Shown here: positions 21,453 to 32,600 of the stretch, in pieces
Layout: every line of letters begins with the position of its first letter
Position numbering within the stretch: the stretch's first letter is position 1
Assembly (NCBI GenBank): GCA_036339465.1
Contig: JAYZAY010000011.1
Span: 32,001-96,000, forward strand
From: Myxococcota bacterium
GTDB lineage: Bacteria; Myxococcota; XYA12-FULL-58-9; JABJBS01
DNA length: 64,000 bases
Direction of reading: 5' to 3'
Position numbers and translations under genes: made by a program
The notes under the pieces: generated by a model
Told to the model about the DNA's origin: nothing
The model's input: only the letters and a program-made list of their open reading frames with translations
Database searches by the model: none

Positions 21453-21953
21453 ATGGCAGGGAATCAATCTTTTGACATAACCACGGGGTGTGATCTTCAA
21501 GAAGTGGATAATGCTGTGAATCAGACCAACAAGGAATTGGGACAACGCTATGATTTTCGGGGTGTTGAGTATGAGTTGGTTTTCAAAAGAGGGGAAGCAA
21601 GTGTTTCGATCCACGCACCAGATGAGCATAAATTGAACGCGATTTGGGATGTTCTACAGGGGAAATTGGTTCGGCGAAGCGTCCCGGTCAGAAACCTCGA
21701 TCGTGGTAATGTCATTCAGGCAACGGGATTTTCTGTGCGTCAAGACATTGCCCTGACTCAAGGAATTTCGTCGGACACCGCTAAGAAGATCATCAAGTTT
21801 CTTAAAGAAAAAAAATTGAAGAAGGTCCAGTCCACCATTCAGCAAGATCAAGTTCGAGTTGTTTCGCCTTCAAGAGATGCTTTGCAGGAGGTTATGGGGA
21901 TCTTAAAGCAAGAAGATTTTGGGGTTGAACTACAATTCGGTAACTACCGTTAA
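21453..21953 (+). CDS. yajQ: YajQ-family nucleotide/c-di-GMP-binding protein
   Basis: SFDI...EVDNAVNQ, RYDF, IQQDQVRV, LQFGNYR; AGGAG RBS. Confidence 0.95.
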   Translation: MAGNQSFDITTGCDLQEVDNAVNQTNKELGQRYDFRGVEYELVFKRGEASVSIHAPDEHKLNAIWDVLQGKLVRRSVPVRNLDRGNVIQATGFSVRQDIALTQGISSDTAKKIIKFLKEKKLKKVQSTIQQDQVRVVSPSRDALQEVMGILKQEDFGVELQFGNYR

Positions 21954-23133
21954 ATCGCGAAATTCCATACTACGAAGTATCCTTCACGTTGACATGGATG
22001 CGTTTTTTGCGGCTGTGGAAGTGAAGGACTTTCCTGAGTTGGTGGGAAAACCCGTGGTGGTGGGTGGTTCTTCCAGTCGCGGAGTTGTGGCCACAGCTTC
22101 TTACGAAGCCCGTCGGTTTGGGATCCACTCCGCTCAACCCATGGTCCATGCATTAGAGCGCTGTTCCCATCTTATTGTCCGGCCCCCACGAATGAAGCGC
22201 TACCAGGAAGTAAGTCGAGGTCTTTTTGAGATATTTCGACGCTTTACCCCGGTGGTGGAGGGACTTTCTTTGGATGAGGCGTTTCTTGACGTGACGGGAA
22301 GCGAGTCGCTATTCGGTTCGGCATTTGAAATTGCAAAGAATATCCGAAGGCTGATTTGGAGTGAATTGGGTTTAACTGCATCTGCGGGAGTTGCAACGAA
22401 TAAGTTTTTGGCCAAATTGGCGTCTGAGGAAAACAAACCAGATGGGCTAACGCGAGTGCAATTGGAAGAAGTCGAGGGATTCTTGTCTGGGATGCCCATC
22501 GAGAGGATGTGGGGGGTTGGTCGTCTTACTGCCAAGATTCTTCGAGAAAGAGGGATCTGCACCATTGGTGGGCTGAACCATTTAACGGATTTGCAAGCGA
22601 CCAATATTTTTGGTTCTTCAGCCAGTACATTCTTGTTGCTTGCCAAAGGCATTGATCTGCGCGAGGTAATATCCGAGTCGGCTCCCAAGTCTGTGGGTTC
22701 CGAACACACTTTTGAGATTGATACGCGTTCCCAGGAAGTTTTGGAGCAATCAATTCTTCAACACAGTTTCATTATTTCGGCTCGACTTTTTGACAAGGGT
22801 TATCACGGCAAGACAGTGACTCTAAAGTTGAAAGATCCGATGCATGGCGTTCGGACGTGTCAGCGAAGCCTGAAAAAGGGGATTTTTTCTGGCGACGAAA
22901 TTTATCAGATGGCTCGAGAAATTCTTCGCGGGGAAATGCCCCTAAGGAGCCCGGTCCGGCTGGTTGGGTTGTCGGTATCCAATTTATCTGTGGAGCGCCA
23001 AACAAGTCTATTTCAGGAAAAGAAAAATGAACGTTGTGAAAAGCTAGAAAAAGTTCGTGCGCAATTACGTACGAAATTTGGTAAGGATATTTTAACTCGA
23101 GGTACGATTTTAGGAGAGCGCTCCAATAGATGA
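21919..23133 (+). CDS. dinB: DNA polymerase IV
   Basis: ILHVDMDAFFA, ASYEAR, SLDEAFLD, LAKLAS, WGVG, VRLVGL. Start codon uncertain. Confidence 0.95.
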   Translation: MGLNYNSVTTVKSRNSILRSILHVDMDAFFAAVEVKDFPELVGKPVVVGGSSSRGVVATASYEARRFGIHSAQPMVHALERCSHLIVRPPRMKRYQEVSRGLFEIFRRFTPVVEGLSLDEAFLDVTGSESLFGSAFEIAKNIRRLIWSELGLTASAGVATNKFLAKLASEENKPDGLTRVQLEEVEGFLSGMPIERMWGVGRLTAKILRERGICTIGGLNHLTDLQATNIFGSSASTFLLLAKGIDLREVISESAPKSVGSEHTFEIDTRSQEVLEQSILQHSFIISARLFDKGYHGKTVTLKLKDPMHGVRTCQRSLKKGIFSGDEIYQMAREILRGEMPLRSPVRLVGLSVSNLSVERQTSLFQEKKNERCEKLEKVRAQLRTKFGKDILTRGTILGERSNR

Positions 23134-23769
23134 AGGCGCACAGTCTTTGATTGGGGCAACAATATGAATGGCCAAGGTAAAGCAGCATCGATAATCGGCG
23201 CGCCGGCTTCTGCATCATGCTACCACCCACTTTTCGCGTTATCGTTTTCAATAAAATAGGTCTTTTCGGAGTAGAATAAAATCTTTTGAGAGGGGTAGAA
23301 GTTCGACTGGCATGGTGACCCTCGATTTCTCATCAACCTCAAATTCGCCGTTTCGAAGTGATATCCATTTGAGGTTTGGTTTTCGAGTTTGGGAGTTGGG
23401 AACCACATACATATGCTTGGCAATTGATTTGCGGTGTAAAAAATATTCATTGTTCTGCAAGGCTATGTTTGTGTCCAATCATTTTGCGATCTCATCGGGA
23501 TTTTGGTTTGCGGCTTTTCCCGAGTTTGAAGTGACGGGAATGATTCGCAGGATGATTGGAGATGTGTTTTTCGACCGGGGCATGTTTAGATTACGTTGTT
23601 CAAGGTGCCCAAAAGATTGGGTGGTTGGGAAATAGAGTTTTTGACAGGTCAGGTGGCGTTCATGTTCTTTTGCTGCTTGTGATGGTATGAATTGATATCG
23701 AAGCAAGCGTTTTGGGCACATCGTTTGAAAGGAGTGCCCATTCCAAGACCGTTAGCTCGGTTTTTTCGT

Positions 23770-23802
23770 AAAAAAAGCCGCCCGAAGTAGGCGGCTTTTT
23801 TT
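23770..23802. terminator. Bidirectional intrinsic terminator downstream of hpf
   Basis: AAAAAAA-GCCGCC-cgaagta-GGCGGC-TTTTTTT. Confidence 0.85.
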
Positions 23803-23821
23803 CAATCATTGGGATTTCTCT

Positions 23822-24265
23822 CTATTCAATTGGCACCAGAGCCGGGCTTGAATTTTCATACTCAAGAACCTCTCTTTCCCATTTTTCTGGTGCTGAAGAT
23901 AGATTTTCCTTGGTTTCAAACTGTCTACGTTTCGCTGCAGCTTTTCGTGTACGGCTGGTGTTACGTCTCCTACCCCTTTCTCGCTTTACCTGCTCCACGA
24001 GTCGGTCTTTGGCGAGGTCTATGGCCTTGTACATATCGTCATCTACTTCTGTGATGTTGATAGGGCGAGATTGTGGCATGAATACGGCGATCCGACATTC
24101 ATTGTTCCTTCTACCTGTGATTTCTCCTAGGTCAGAAAGCTCAATTTCAATCTTTGCGGCTGGTCGGTCGAAAATACGCATCAGCGAATTACCGATCTTG
24201 TCTTCCGCGTGGTTTTTCAACGACCGGGTTAAATTCATGTGTCTCGCTTTAACAATCACTCTCAT
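23822..24265 (-). CDS. hpf: Ribosome hibernation promoting factor (HPF/RaiA family)
   Basis: MRVIVKARHMNLTRSL, DMYKAID; AGGAGG RBS; basic C-terminal extension. Confidence 0.88.
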   Translation of the reverse strand: MRVIVKARHMNLTRSLKNHAEDKIGNSLMRIFDRPAAKIEIELSDLGEITGRRNNECRIAVFMPQSRPINITEVDDDMYKAIDLAKDRLVEQVKRERGRRRNTSRTRKAAAKRRQFETKENLSSAPEKWEREVLEYENSSPALVPIE

Positions 24266-24639
24266 TAAGAAAATCCTCCTGACCCGTTGCTTTTCGAGCC
24301 ATTGTCCCCTGCGCTATCGCGCTTACCTTAAAAGAAAAATAGGTCGAATGCAGGCGCACCGACCCCTACGATTGGTTGATAGTTAACACTCCTTTGGGTG
24401 TTTACGCTCGGATGAGCGAACTCAGTAAGAGTCCAGACAAGAACAAGGCTCTGTAAATGCCAAGTCTTATCATGGGCTTTGGATACCTTAACCTTATCCA
24501 TTACGATCAGTATGGTAGTAAGCGATGGCTCCGTCCAGTGTTGAATATTTTAAAAGCAAACAAATCATAATCCTCATGATCGTTCTATCGGAACGGCCAA
24601 AATTTTGCCCTCTTTGAAAGTACGTGGGACGCTTGGCTT

Positions 24640-24957
24640 ATGGAACTCACGACAATTATTTCTATGCTGCAGCGCATCGAAGAACGGCTCGACGCGCTCG
24701 ATGACAAACTCGAAAGTATGAAGGGTAATACCAAAAAGTCTATGGAATGGATCGGTACCTTATCCGAGCATGTTCGTTCGCTGGATGAATTTCGGGAAGA
24801 GGTTAGGGCAACTTTTGAGCCCATGGCTCAGAAGATGGACAATGTTGATGAGGTTACTCGGATCCTCCGTCACGCGACCGTAGATATTTCTAGGCGAGTT
24901 GAAAAAATTCAACGCAGGGAAGACCGGGGTGATTTGGCGGATGTCATGGAGAACTAA
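24640..24957 (+). CDS. Hypothetical coiled-coil protein
   Basis: 105-aa ORF with heptad pattern. Confidence 0.65.
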   Translation: MELTTIISMLQRIEERLDALDDKLESMKGNTKKSMEWIGTLSEHVRSLDEFREEVRATFEPMAQKMDNVDEVTRILRHATVDISRRVEKIQRREDRGDLADVMEN

Positions 24958-25008
24958 TCTTTGGTGTTTCCCTGGGCGTCCCAAGGGCTCGTTGAACTGT
25001 TTCTGGAT

Positions 25009-25374
25009 TCATTTAGACAAGAGTGGGCCGAGGGCGTTCTTGAAATGACTGACGCCGAATGGCTTAGAGATTAAAAAATTTGCGCCATTATTATCCGCGA
25101 TTTTTCTGCGTTCATTGCTACCTTCCGAGGTAACGAATCCTATGGGAAGATTTGGATACCATTTCTTGACGATTTTGAGAAGTTCGAGACCATCCATGAC
25201 GGGCATGTTCCAATCACTAATGACTAGGTTTGGCTTCTCACTGGAAATTAAGTCGAGGGCATCTTTGCCATTGGCAGCTTGGATGAATTCCGCAGACTCC
25301 CATCCGGCGGCCTTAATATTTCGGATAACCAAACGCCTCATGGGCTTGCTGTCATCAACGACGAGTATCTTCAT
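25009..25374 (-). CDS. Single-domain response regulator (CheY-like)
   Basis: ILVVDDS, SDWNMPVMDG (phospho-Asp), VTSE, KPF. Confidence 0.92.
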   Translation of the reverse strand: MKILVVDDSKPMRRLVIRNIKAAGWESAEFIQAANGKDALDLISSEKPNLVISDWNMPVMDGLELLKIVKKWYPNLPIGFVTSEGSNERRKIADNNGANFLISKPFGVSHFKNALGPLLSK

Positions 25375-25401
25375 GGTCTATCTTCGAGGGGCATTTGTTT
25401 G

Positions 25402-25431
25402 ATTCTATCGTTTGGGGGGTGACAAAAGCAA
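25402..25431 (-). promoter_or_regulatory. Putative sigma70 promoter for the CheY-like gene
   Basis: Minus strand TTGCTT-N18-TAGAAT, about 27 nt upstream of the ATG. Confidence 0.45.
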
Positions 25432-25476
25432 TAAGGTGATGTTTTCCAGAGAGTTGCGGATACGATTTTGAAAAAG

Positions 25477-25929
25477 TTAGTCTACGACGAGGACTTTCGT
25501 ACCATCCTGTGCTGTTTCGGATGCCACATAACCAATGGCCCCTTTATGGGCTTTTACGAAAGCCATGAGTTCCGTTTCAGAGGTGAAAGTCGGGGGCATC
25601 TTACCTTTTCCGGAGAAGACCATTTTACGCCAGTAGTTGGTAAATTGCTTGGCTGTTTTGCCCGCAAATTTTTTCATGAAGCGTTCGTGGAGGTCTCCTG
25701 TCTTCAATGTCACCAGAACAACTTGGTCACCGTTACCCCATTTTTTCATTTTGCCCAGAAGAATTTTCTTGAGTTTTCCTTTAGAGATGGTGGCCACGGG
25801 GTTGTCTGCTTTGACAATGGCCACGTCATCAGCCAAAGCACTGGATGCCCCCAGCATCATTAAAGCAGTGAAGAGACATGTCAGATCTATCTTACTTTGC
25901 CTTGCGCGTGATTTGATCAATCTGGTCAT
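25477..25929 (-). CDS. Small single-lobe periplasmic binding-protein-like protein (PstS/PBP-like)
   Basis: Signal peptide ending ALA; LKKILLGK..W, YWRKMVFSGKG..P, GAIGYV; GGAG RBS. Confidence 0.8.
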   Translation of the reverse strand: MTRLIKSRARQSKIDLTCLFTALMMLGASSALADDVAIVKADNPVATISKGKLKKILLGKMKKWGNGDQVVLVTLKTGDLHERFMKKFAGKTAKQFTNYWRKMVFSGKGKMPPTFTSETELMAFVKAHKGAIGYVASETAQDGTKVLVVD

Positions 25930-25944
25930 CGTCTGTTCTCCCCC

Positions 25945-27318
25945 CTAGAACGTCACCGTGGTTTTGAGTCCAAAGATTGTCCAATAGCGCTCTAGGTATG
26001 GATTGTCTGGATTGTCTTTTTCGCCAACCATAATGGTTCCATCTATAAGGTGGCCCTCGATCTTAAAGAGCCAATAGTCAGTGATATCGAAGCGCATGGA
26101 CAACGCTAAGTCTTTGGAGAATGCGTTGTAGTGGGGTTGTAAGAGTTCATCGATGCCATTTCCATAGATCCGGTTACCGGCAAGGTCTTTACAGTCTAAA
26201 TCCCCGTTTCTGCAGGTAGGATCGTTTTGAACAGAGAGGTAAGTCGCTGCTTCAAACCAATCAGTGAAACGGTAAGAGAGTTGCACGTACCAACGTTCCT
26301 GATTCAAAGCCATGTTGCTAACGAAGGTGTTGTTGCTCAGGAAATCACCATGGTAACGCGCATATTCCGCAGCGAACACTGCGTTTTCATAGGTGTATTC
26401 AAGGGACGCAACCCAAAACACGGTATTTGGAAAAGTGATTCTGAAGTCTTTTTGACTGATCGAACTTACGAGTCCCCGTCCCATGAGTTCATCGAAGTAG
26501 GCATCACCGATTTGGCCTTCGGCGTAACTGCTGCCGAATCGTAGGTGTGTGAATTTGAGTAGCAATGTACCCCATTTATAGTCGGTGAGGTCTTCGAGTG
26601 GGGTATTCCATTGAAGCGCGAGGCTGGTCATTGCAGAATTGTACAGGTCGGATACGTTAATCGCGTAGATACCCTTGAATTGGTCATAGCCACGGTTCTT
26701 GAAGAAGTCTGTGACCGACGAATTATCTGGGTCAGGTACGCCCCGTCTGCCGTAACTGACCTGATAATCGAAAGACCCCAAGGAATAGTCTGAGAGGTCG
26801 ACGTTGCCGTAGGCTTGTACGCCGTTGAAGGCGATTAGAAGGTCTCGGAGGGCCAAGTAGTACACGCTGGGCGGCATTAAAACAGTGGTTCGTGTTAAGT
26901 CCAAGTCTTGATACTCACCATAAAGTCCGTAGGGCTGCTTCACGAGGCCGGCTCGTAGGTTAAACCAGTCGGTGATTGAGTAATCGATAAATGCCCAGTC
27001 CACTTCTGGTCTAAGGTTACCTAGCGCCCCCAGGGTTCGAGCAAAAATCTGAGTGCCAACTCGGGCGTCCCCTAGGTCGGCACCAAAGTTCAAGCCTATT
27101 TCTCCGTAGGCCAGCGAGCCATTCTTTGTTTGACCGAGGTAATTGTTGCCCGTCGATTTAAGATAGCCTTGACTTACAAAACCATGGACATCGACTTGTG
27201 CGTTTGCAATGGGACTCAGAAGCAGAAAAAAGGCGGCTATGAATGTACACCCCCACTGGGCCAAGAGTGGCTGTTTCGTTGCGAACCATACGGCCCTATT
27301 TTGGCTCATTGAAGACAA
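25945..27318 (-). CDS. Outer-membrane beta-barrel (porin-like) protein
   Basis: Signal peptide ending ANA; VHGFVSQG, DWAFIDY, LRAG..K.PYGLY; alternating beta strands; C-terminal KTTVTF beta-signal. Confidence 0.8.
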   Translation of the reverse strand: MSSMSQNRAVWFATKQPLLAQWGCTFIAAFFLLLSPIANAQVDVHGFVSQGYLKSTGNNYLGQTKNGSLAYGEIGLNFGADLGDARVGTQIFARTLGALGNLRPEVDWAFIDYSITDWFNLRAGLVKQPYGLYGEYQDLDLTRTTVLMPPSVYYLALRDLLIAFNGVQAYGNVDLSDYSLGSFDYQVSYGRRGVPDPDNSSVTDFFKNRGYDQFKGIYAINVSDLYNSAMTSLALQWNTPLEDLTDYKWGTLLLKFTHLRFGSSYAEGQIGDAYFDELMGRGLVSSISQKDFRITFPNTVFWVASLEYTYENAVFAAEYARYHGDFLSNNTFVSNMALNQERWYVQLSYRFTDWFEAATYLSVQNDPTCRNGDLDCKDLAGNRIYGNGIDELLQPHYNAFSKDLALSMRFDITDYWLFKIEGHLIDGTIMVGEKDNPDNPYLERYWTIFGLKTTVTF

Positions 27319-27819
27319 CTCCCGTGCGCGAGCGTTTTTCGTTGCATGAGTCCGAAAGTTCTTTAGCGAAGTCCGAAAATCCAGGCGAAGCCAATTTTCG
27401 ATTCTGTTTCAACGTCGGATTCCCCTCAGGTGTTCACTGTCTGTCCGTGGTGGGATAAACGCCTTTATGATTCCCTGATTTATGCGCATTTCATACCCCA
27501 GACACCAGTGCCCGACATTAATATCCATATCCGACCTTAAGTAAACTTCTTTACCCGCAAACTGCCCGAAACTTGTTTAAATTGATGATGATTACTGGAC
27601 CGCGAGGTTGTTTTTAATAAGCGTCTAAATATTTATTGAGCTCGTGTTAAGCGGTTTCTTTAGCATTGTTTTTTTAAGAACTTGATCCGAGATACTAAAT
27701 TGATGTCCAATAAGTACATAGAGGACCTGCGTGCTCTTTTCCAGGGGTTTAGGTTGTGAGCAAAGTGGTGAACGTAAGCTTGGGATATTGTGACTGGTGT
27801 ACTATTTCGGAGGGCGTGA

Positions 27820-29409
27820 GTGCGTATTACGGCTAAGATATGGCTTAGTGTCGGCGTATTATTTGGAGGCTATCTCTTCTCTATCGCGGTGAATTATCAT
27901 TTCGGAAAAGACAATGAGAGTCTCATCAGCAATGCGAGGGACATCATTTTTCCTGCCGCGCAAAAAGCACAAATGGTCGAAAGTGAGTTTTCGAAAATTC
28001 TCAAGGCCTATGAGGATTCGTCCATGTTGGGCGATTTAGAGGTGCTGGAAAAGACAAAGGTTTGGCAGAAAAGAGTCGAGAATGAATTACGCTCAATAAC
28101 GGAATTTGGGGGGTTGGAGGAGAATTTAGTATTGGAGGCCAAGCGCCTACTCAAAGATCTTAGCACGTTGTCAGCCAAAGCCTTCAAGGTATACGGCGTT
28201 TTAGCATCCGGGGAAGAACTCGAAGATTCCGAAATAGCGGGTAAAGTTCGTCGTGAAAATCAGGCGTTAAAAGAGAGTCTCGGGAGGTTTTCAACCGCGC
28301 TTTCCACTGCACTGGAAAATCAATTGGATTTGGCCGCTGAACAATCCACAAATAGTCGCAACTTAGGATTTGTTGTTTTTGTCGTCACCGTCCCGATTAC
28401 TCTATGGAGCATTATCTTTGTGATTCGGAGACTCATTTCACAGCCCTTGCAGGCCATTGTGTCGCGCCTACGAGATATTGCTGAAGGGCAAGGGGATCTC
28501 ACCAAGAGAGTGTTGGTTACGAATCGCGATGAGATTGGTGAATTGGCGGATTGGCTCAATGTCTTTCTCGAAAAGCTTCAAGGCACTATCGAGAGTGTAG
28601 CCGACACCACAGAAACCCTATCGAGTTCGGCACAAGCTCTGGCAGGAACGTCTTTGGAAATGGGCGGAACCGCCGATGAAACCTCGGTGAAGGCGGGCGA
28701 TGTTTCGAGTTCAGCTGCTCTCGTAAGCGAAAATGCTCAGAGGGCAGCCGTTGGGGTCGAGCAGATGAGCTCCAGCATTCGGGAAATCGCCAAGAGTGCC
28801 AATCGGGCCGCTGAGGTCGCCCGTTCTGGGGTGGAGATGGCGCGAGTGACCAATGAAACCGTGGTTCGTTTGGGGCAGAGTAGCGCCGATATTGGTAAGA
28901 TCACTTCGGTTATTACAGGGATTGCCGAACAGACAAATCTCCTGGCTCTCAATGCCACGATCGAGGCGGCTCGGGCCGGTGAATCAGGCAAGGGTTTTGC
29001 GGTGGTGGCCACTGAGGTGAAGGATTTGGCCAAGGAAACCGCGAAGGCGACTGAAGGAATTAGAGAGAGGATTCAAGGTATTCAAGAGGAATCCGTGGCT
29101 TCAGTTGATGCTATTGGAAAGATAGTGAGGATTATTCAAGAGATAAGCGATTTGCAGGCGGGAATTGCGGGTGCGGTTGAAGAGCAGAGTTCGACCATGG
29201 GCGACATTGGTCGCAGCGTCTCGGTGGCCGCTGAAGGAAGTACAGATATTGCGTCGAGCATCATTATGGTGGCGGATGCAGCAAATGCCACCACAGGCGG
29301 TGCCAGGAATACGGAAGAAGCAGCGGCGGATTTATCCATGATGTCCGGTGAGCTTACGAGCCTGATTGGACAGTTCCGGTATCGTGACGATGACGATCTT
29401 GGTTTCTAA
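27820..29409 (+). CDS. Methyl-accepting chemotaxis protein (TM-periplasmic helical-TM-HAMP-MA)
   Basis: [55 protein letters not shown] before GTG. Confidence 0.96.
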   Translation: MRITAKIWLSVGVLFGGYLFSIAVNYHFGKDNESLISNARDIIFPAAQKAQMVESEFSKILKAYEDSSMLGDLEVLEKTKVWQKRVENELRSITEFGGLEENLVLEAKRLLKDLSTLSAKAFKVYGVLASGEELEDSEIAGKVRRENQALKESLGRFSTALSTALENQLDLAAEQSTNSRNLGFVVFVVTVPITLWSIIFVIRRLISQPLQAIVSRLRDIAEGQGDLTKRVLVTNRDEIGELADWLNVFLEKLQGTIESVADTTETLSSSAQALAGTSLEMGGTADETSVKAGDVSSSAALVSENAQRAAVGVEQMSSSIREIAKSANRAAEVARSGVEMARVTNETVVRLGQSSADIGKITSVITGIAEQTNLLALNATIEAARAGESGKGFAVVATEVKDLAKETAKATEGIRERIQGIQEESVASVDAIGKIVRIIQEISDLQAGIAGAVEEQSSTMGDIGRSVSVAAEGSTDIASSIIMVADAANATTGGARNTEEAAADLSMMSGELTSLIGQFRYRDDDDLGF

Positions 29410-29621
29410 ACCTTATGTTATGACGCAACGCACAGGCGACATATGCCTAAGCTCTCATACAAATGTTTGCTTCAGTGGCTTATTAAGAAAAGGCTGAAAT
29501 TATTGTGACTTTTGGCTGAGGCTGTTCTAACAATTCCAGATGAATTTTTGGGCGGCCCTCTCGTTTCTCTTTGAGACGGGGATATTTTCCAGGCGGCGCT
29601 AACAATGAGGGGGGGTGCAAG

Positions 29622-32600
29622 ATGCTAAAACGTAGCCTGTTGGCTCTTTTTGGTATTGTCTTGTTAAGTGGCTGTGAAGCTTTATTTCCAGAACCATCAA
29701 CAACGCATGACTTGGTTCAAGCTGGGGTCGATGAAGGCCTAACGGAGGAAGCGATTCCTGCTGGTGCACAAGGAAATGTGGCAGCGGTTTTTGATCCGGT
29801 CAATGTGGATATTCCCTATCCCAACAACCTGCTTTTCGCTGCCGGTGGATCCGGGCCAACCGATGGGACGATGAACATTCCCATGGGGGGCGAATGTACG
29901 GATCCGGCCGACCTCCCCGAGGGGGTGACAAAAGCCGATGAGAATTATTCGGATCCTTTTTTCGTTCTAAATACCTTGGATGGGTTCTCGACCCTCCAAC
30001 CCATGATATTCCGGTTCAATGGCAGTGTTGATCCAGACACGGTGGTCGCGGGTGAGACGGTCCGGGTCTTCGAAGTGGAATTGGCGAATTACCTCTTAGA
30101 CGCCAAGGCCGTGCGAGCGGAACTGGCGGCCCCCAATGCGCTCTTAGGGGTTTTGGGCGACTACACCGTGGAAGTGGTCACCGACAGCAGTTCGACCAAG
30201 GATGATACCGGTGAGGTCATCGGTCGTACTTATTACGACTTTGTTAAAATTGTTCCCACAAAGCCTTTGAAGCCCGACACCGCCTACCTTGTGGCGGTGA
30301 CCACAGGCATTACTGATTTGGGCGGCCATCCGGTTGGCTCGGCCACTCTCTACAAGTTGGCCAAAAGCAAGGCGTCCTTTTTTGATTCAGAGGGCAATCT
30401 CAAATCCGATCTACCCACCAGTGGTGAGCAGAGCTTTGGTCTTGCCAATGAAAAAAATCGAGACAGCTATGGTTCACTAGAAACCATCCGGAGCCTAACC
30501 AATACCTACGAGCAGGTGCTGGCGCCCTACATCCCCAGCGATGATATTGTCCTCTCTTGGGCCTGGACCACCCAGTCCACCGACAACATGCTCAAGACCA
30601 TTGTGAAGAATGTCAAAGCCGGTCGTTATGCCCTGGGGCCTGCGCTGCATCCCGCAGATACTTCCAAAGTATCCACCACCCGGGACCTCTGCCCCGAAGT
30701 CGCCACCGATGCTACTTGTAAGGTGATTGCCGATGCCACCGCATGCGGGGCCAATCCCCTCTGCACCCACACACCAGCCACGGGTTGTATTGCCAGCGGC
30801 TGCATCAGCTACAATCTTTTGGGGCTTTCGGAAATCTATTTAGGTGCGGTGGAGCTTCCCTACTTTCTCAAGACCGGCAACAAGAGTCGAACTTCTTTTT
30901 GGGAAGGTCACTTGGGCCAATACGCCACGCGGTTTTACTCTGCCGGTTCAGGTGGACTCGGACCGAAAATGTATGGTTCCGAGGTGGTTCCTTTGGTGGT
31001 TTCCATTCCTTCAGCGGTGCTGGGATGCTCCAAACCCTATAAGACGGCCATTTTTGCCCACGAGGTTTTAACCGACCGCACCACCATGGCCATCATCGCC
31101 GACTCCTTTGCGAAGGAGTGCATGGCCATGGCTGCCATTGATCTACCCCTACACGGCATCAATAAGTACGAAGGCCCGGCCACTTCGAATGATCCGGCCA
31201 AGGGTCTCTCCCCCTACTATTTTGTGTCTGCGGATTTCCCCACCCCCCAGGCGTATAAAGCACTTCACGGCAATACCTGCGGCGTTTTAGATGCCGCCGA
31301 TTGCCACGCCAACCGCGTTTGTGAATTCGACAATGCCAACGATGTTTGCGGGGTTTCCAGCATTATTTATGCGTTCAACGGTGCCTGCGTCTCTTACAGC
31401 AATGAAACCGCCTGTACCGGGGGACAATCCTGTAGCTGGGATGGTTTTACTTGTTCGGCTGCGCCTATCGCCGGTGCCTATTCAAACCTACCGTGGTATT
31501 CAACTGTTTTGGGGCCGCTCCGTGAACGCCACTTTAACCTCGACTTCGCCGACAACAGCGCCGCTTTGGCAGTGGCCTCTCCCAACTATCCTACCGGCGA
31601 TGGCAAAGTTGATCCATCGGGATTCGACTTTATCAATCCCAATAAGCTCTTAACCACGCGCGACAATGTTCGACAGGCCGTTTCCGATTTCCTCGTGTTG
31701 GCCGAGACCATTCCTGAAATCACCGACAACTCAGAGGGCATGCGCCACCTCTTGAGAATCGGTGCCAAGTTTCCACACATTGTGGGTGGCCTAGCCGGAG
31801 GTGACACGAGCTACTCCATGAGGATGAATCTTGGTGAGGCTCTACCTGGGCTCTTCTCGGATCCCTCAGCCGCTCCCGAATTGGAAATACCTCAAGACGA
31901 GGGTGTTTGCAGTGCAGATCCAGCAACCTATTGTCGAATGAAAGACCCCACCAATCCTCTCTTGGGTGCACAATGCCCTCGTAAGGAATTGGATGACCGA
32001 ACTTGCAGCGCTTTAGGAACCGAAGATAAGGTGATGGTAACCAAATCCATTCGGGCGGCGGTGGAAATGGTAGACCAGTTCTTCGCCATTAAAAATAGCC
32101 TTGGCTCAGCCCAGGCCGAGCTCGGCCTGGCGATTGCCGATGCACAAACTGCAATCAAGCTCTACGTCGCTACGGGCGCTTTCTTTGCGGACAATGTGTC
32201 CGCTTCCAGCACCTCTACTTGGGAAAAAACGGGCTGTATGGACAACGGTTTGTCGCAGACAGAGCAGATTGCCAAAGTGGGTGTATTTGCCAAGGCTTTA
32301 ATGGCCGAAGATCATGCCCAATTTGGGTTCGAAGCCGATGAAATCAATGTTCTTTTTGGGGAAGGAGGAATGTGGGAACCCGTGCTTGGGCAAGCCACAA
32401 GTTCGGACGCCGTGGTCGAGGTGGGTGTCAGTACTCGTATGCTAAAAGCACAGGAAATCGTTGTTGAGAAAGTAAACGCCGTTATGAAAGTCATCGCCAA
32501 GATAGCCGGTGATGATGTGGATCAAGATGGCGTAATCACCACCGCTGAAGGAGGTGTTTTGGCAAATACTGCCGCTGCCGTGCAAGTCGTCACAGCCCTC

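Noticed and set aside
24595..24640. c-di-GMP-I riboswitch (gaaa...gggacgc)
   Set aside because: It lacks the GCAAAC/GCAAAG flanks and the paired stems; probably a chance match.
25477..25929. Phosphate ABC transporter (pstS)
   Set aside because: The protein is about half the size of PstS, and no pstC, pstA or pstB genes are present.
29380..29409. CheR-tethering pentapeptide on the MCP
   Set aside because: The C-terminus DDLGF lacks the aromatic second residue of NWETF-type motifs.
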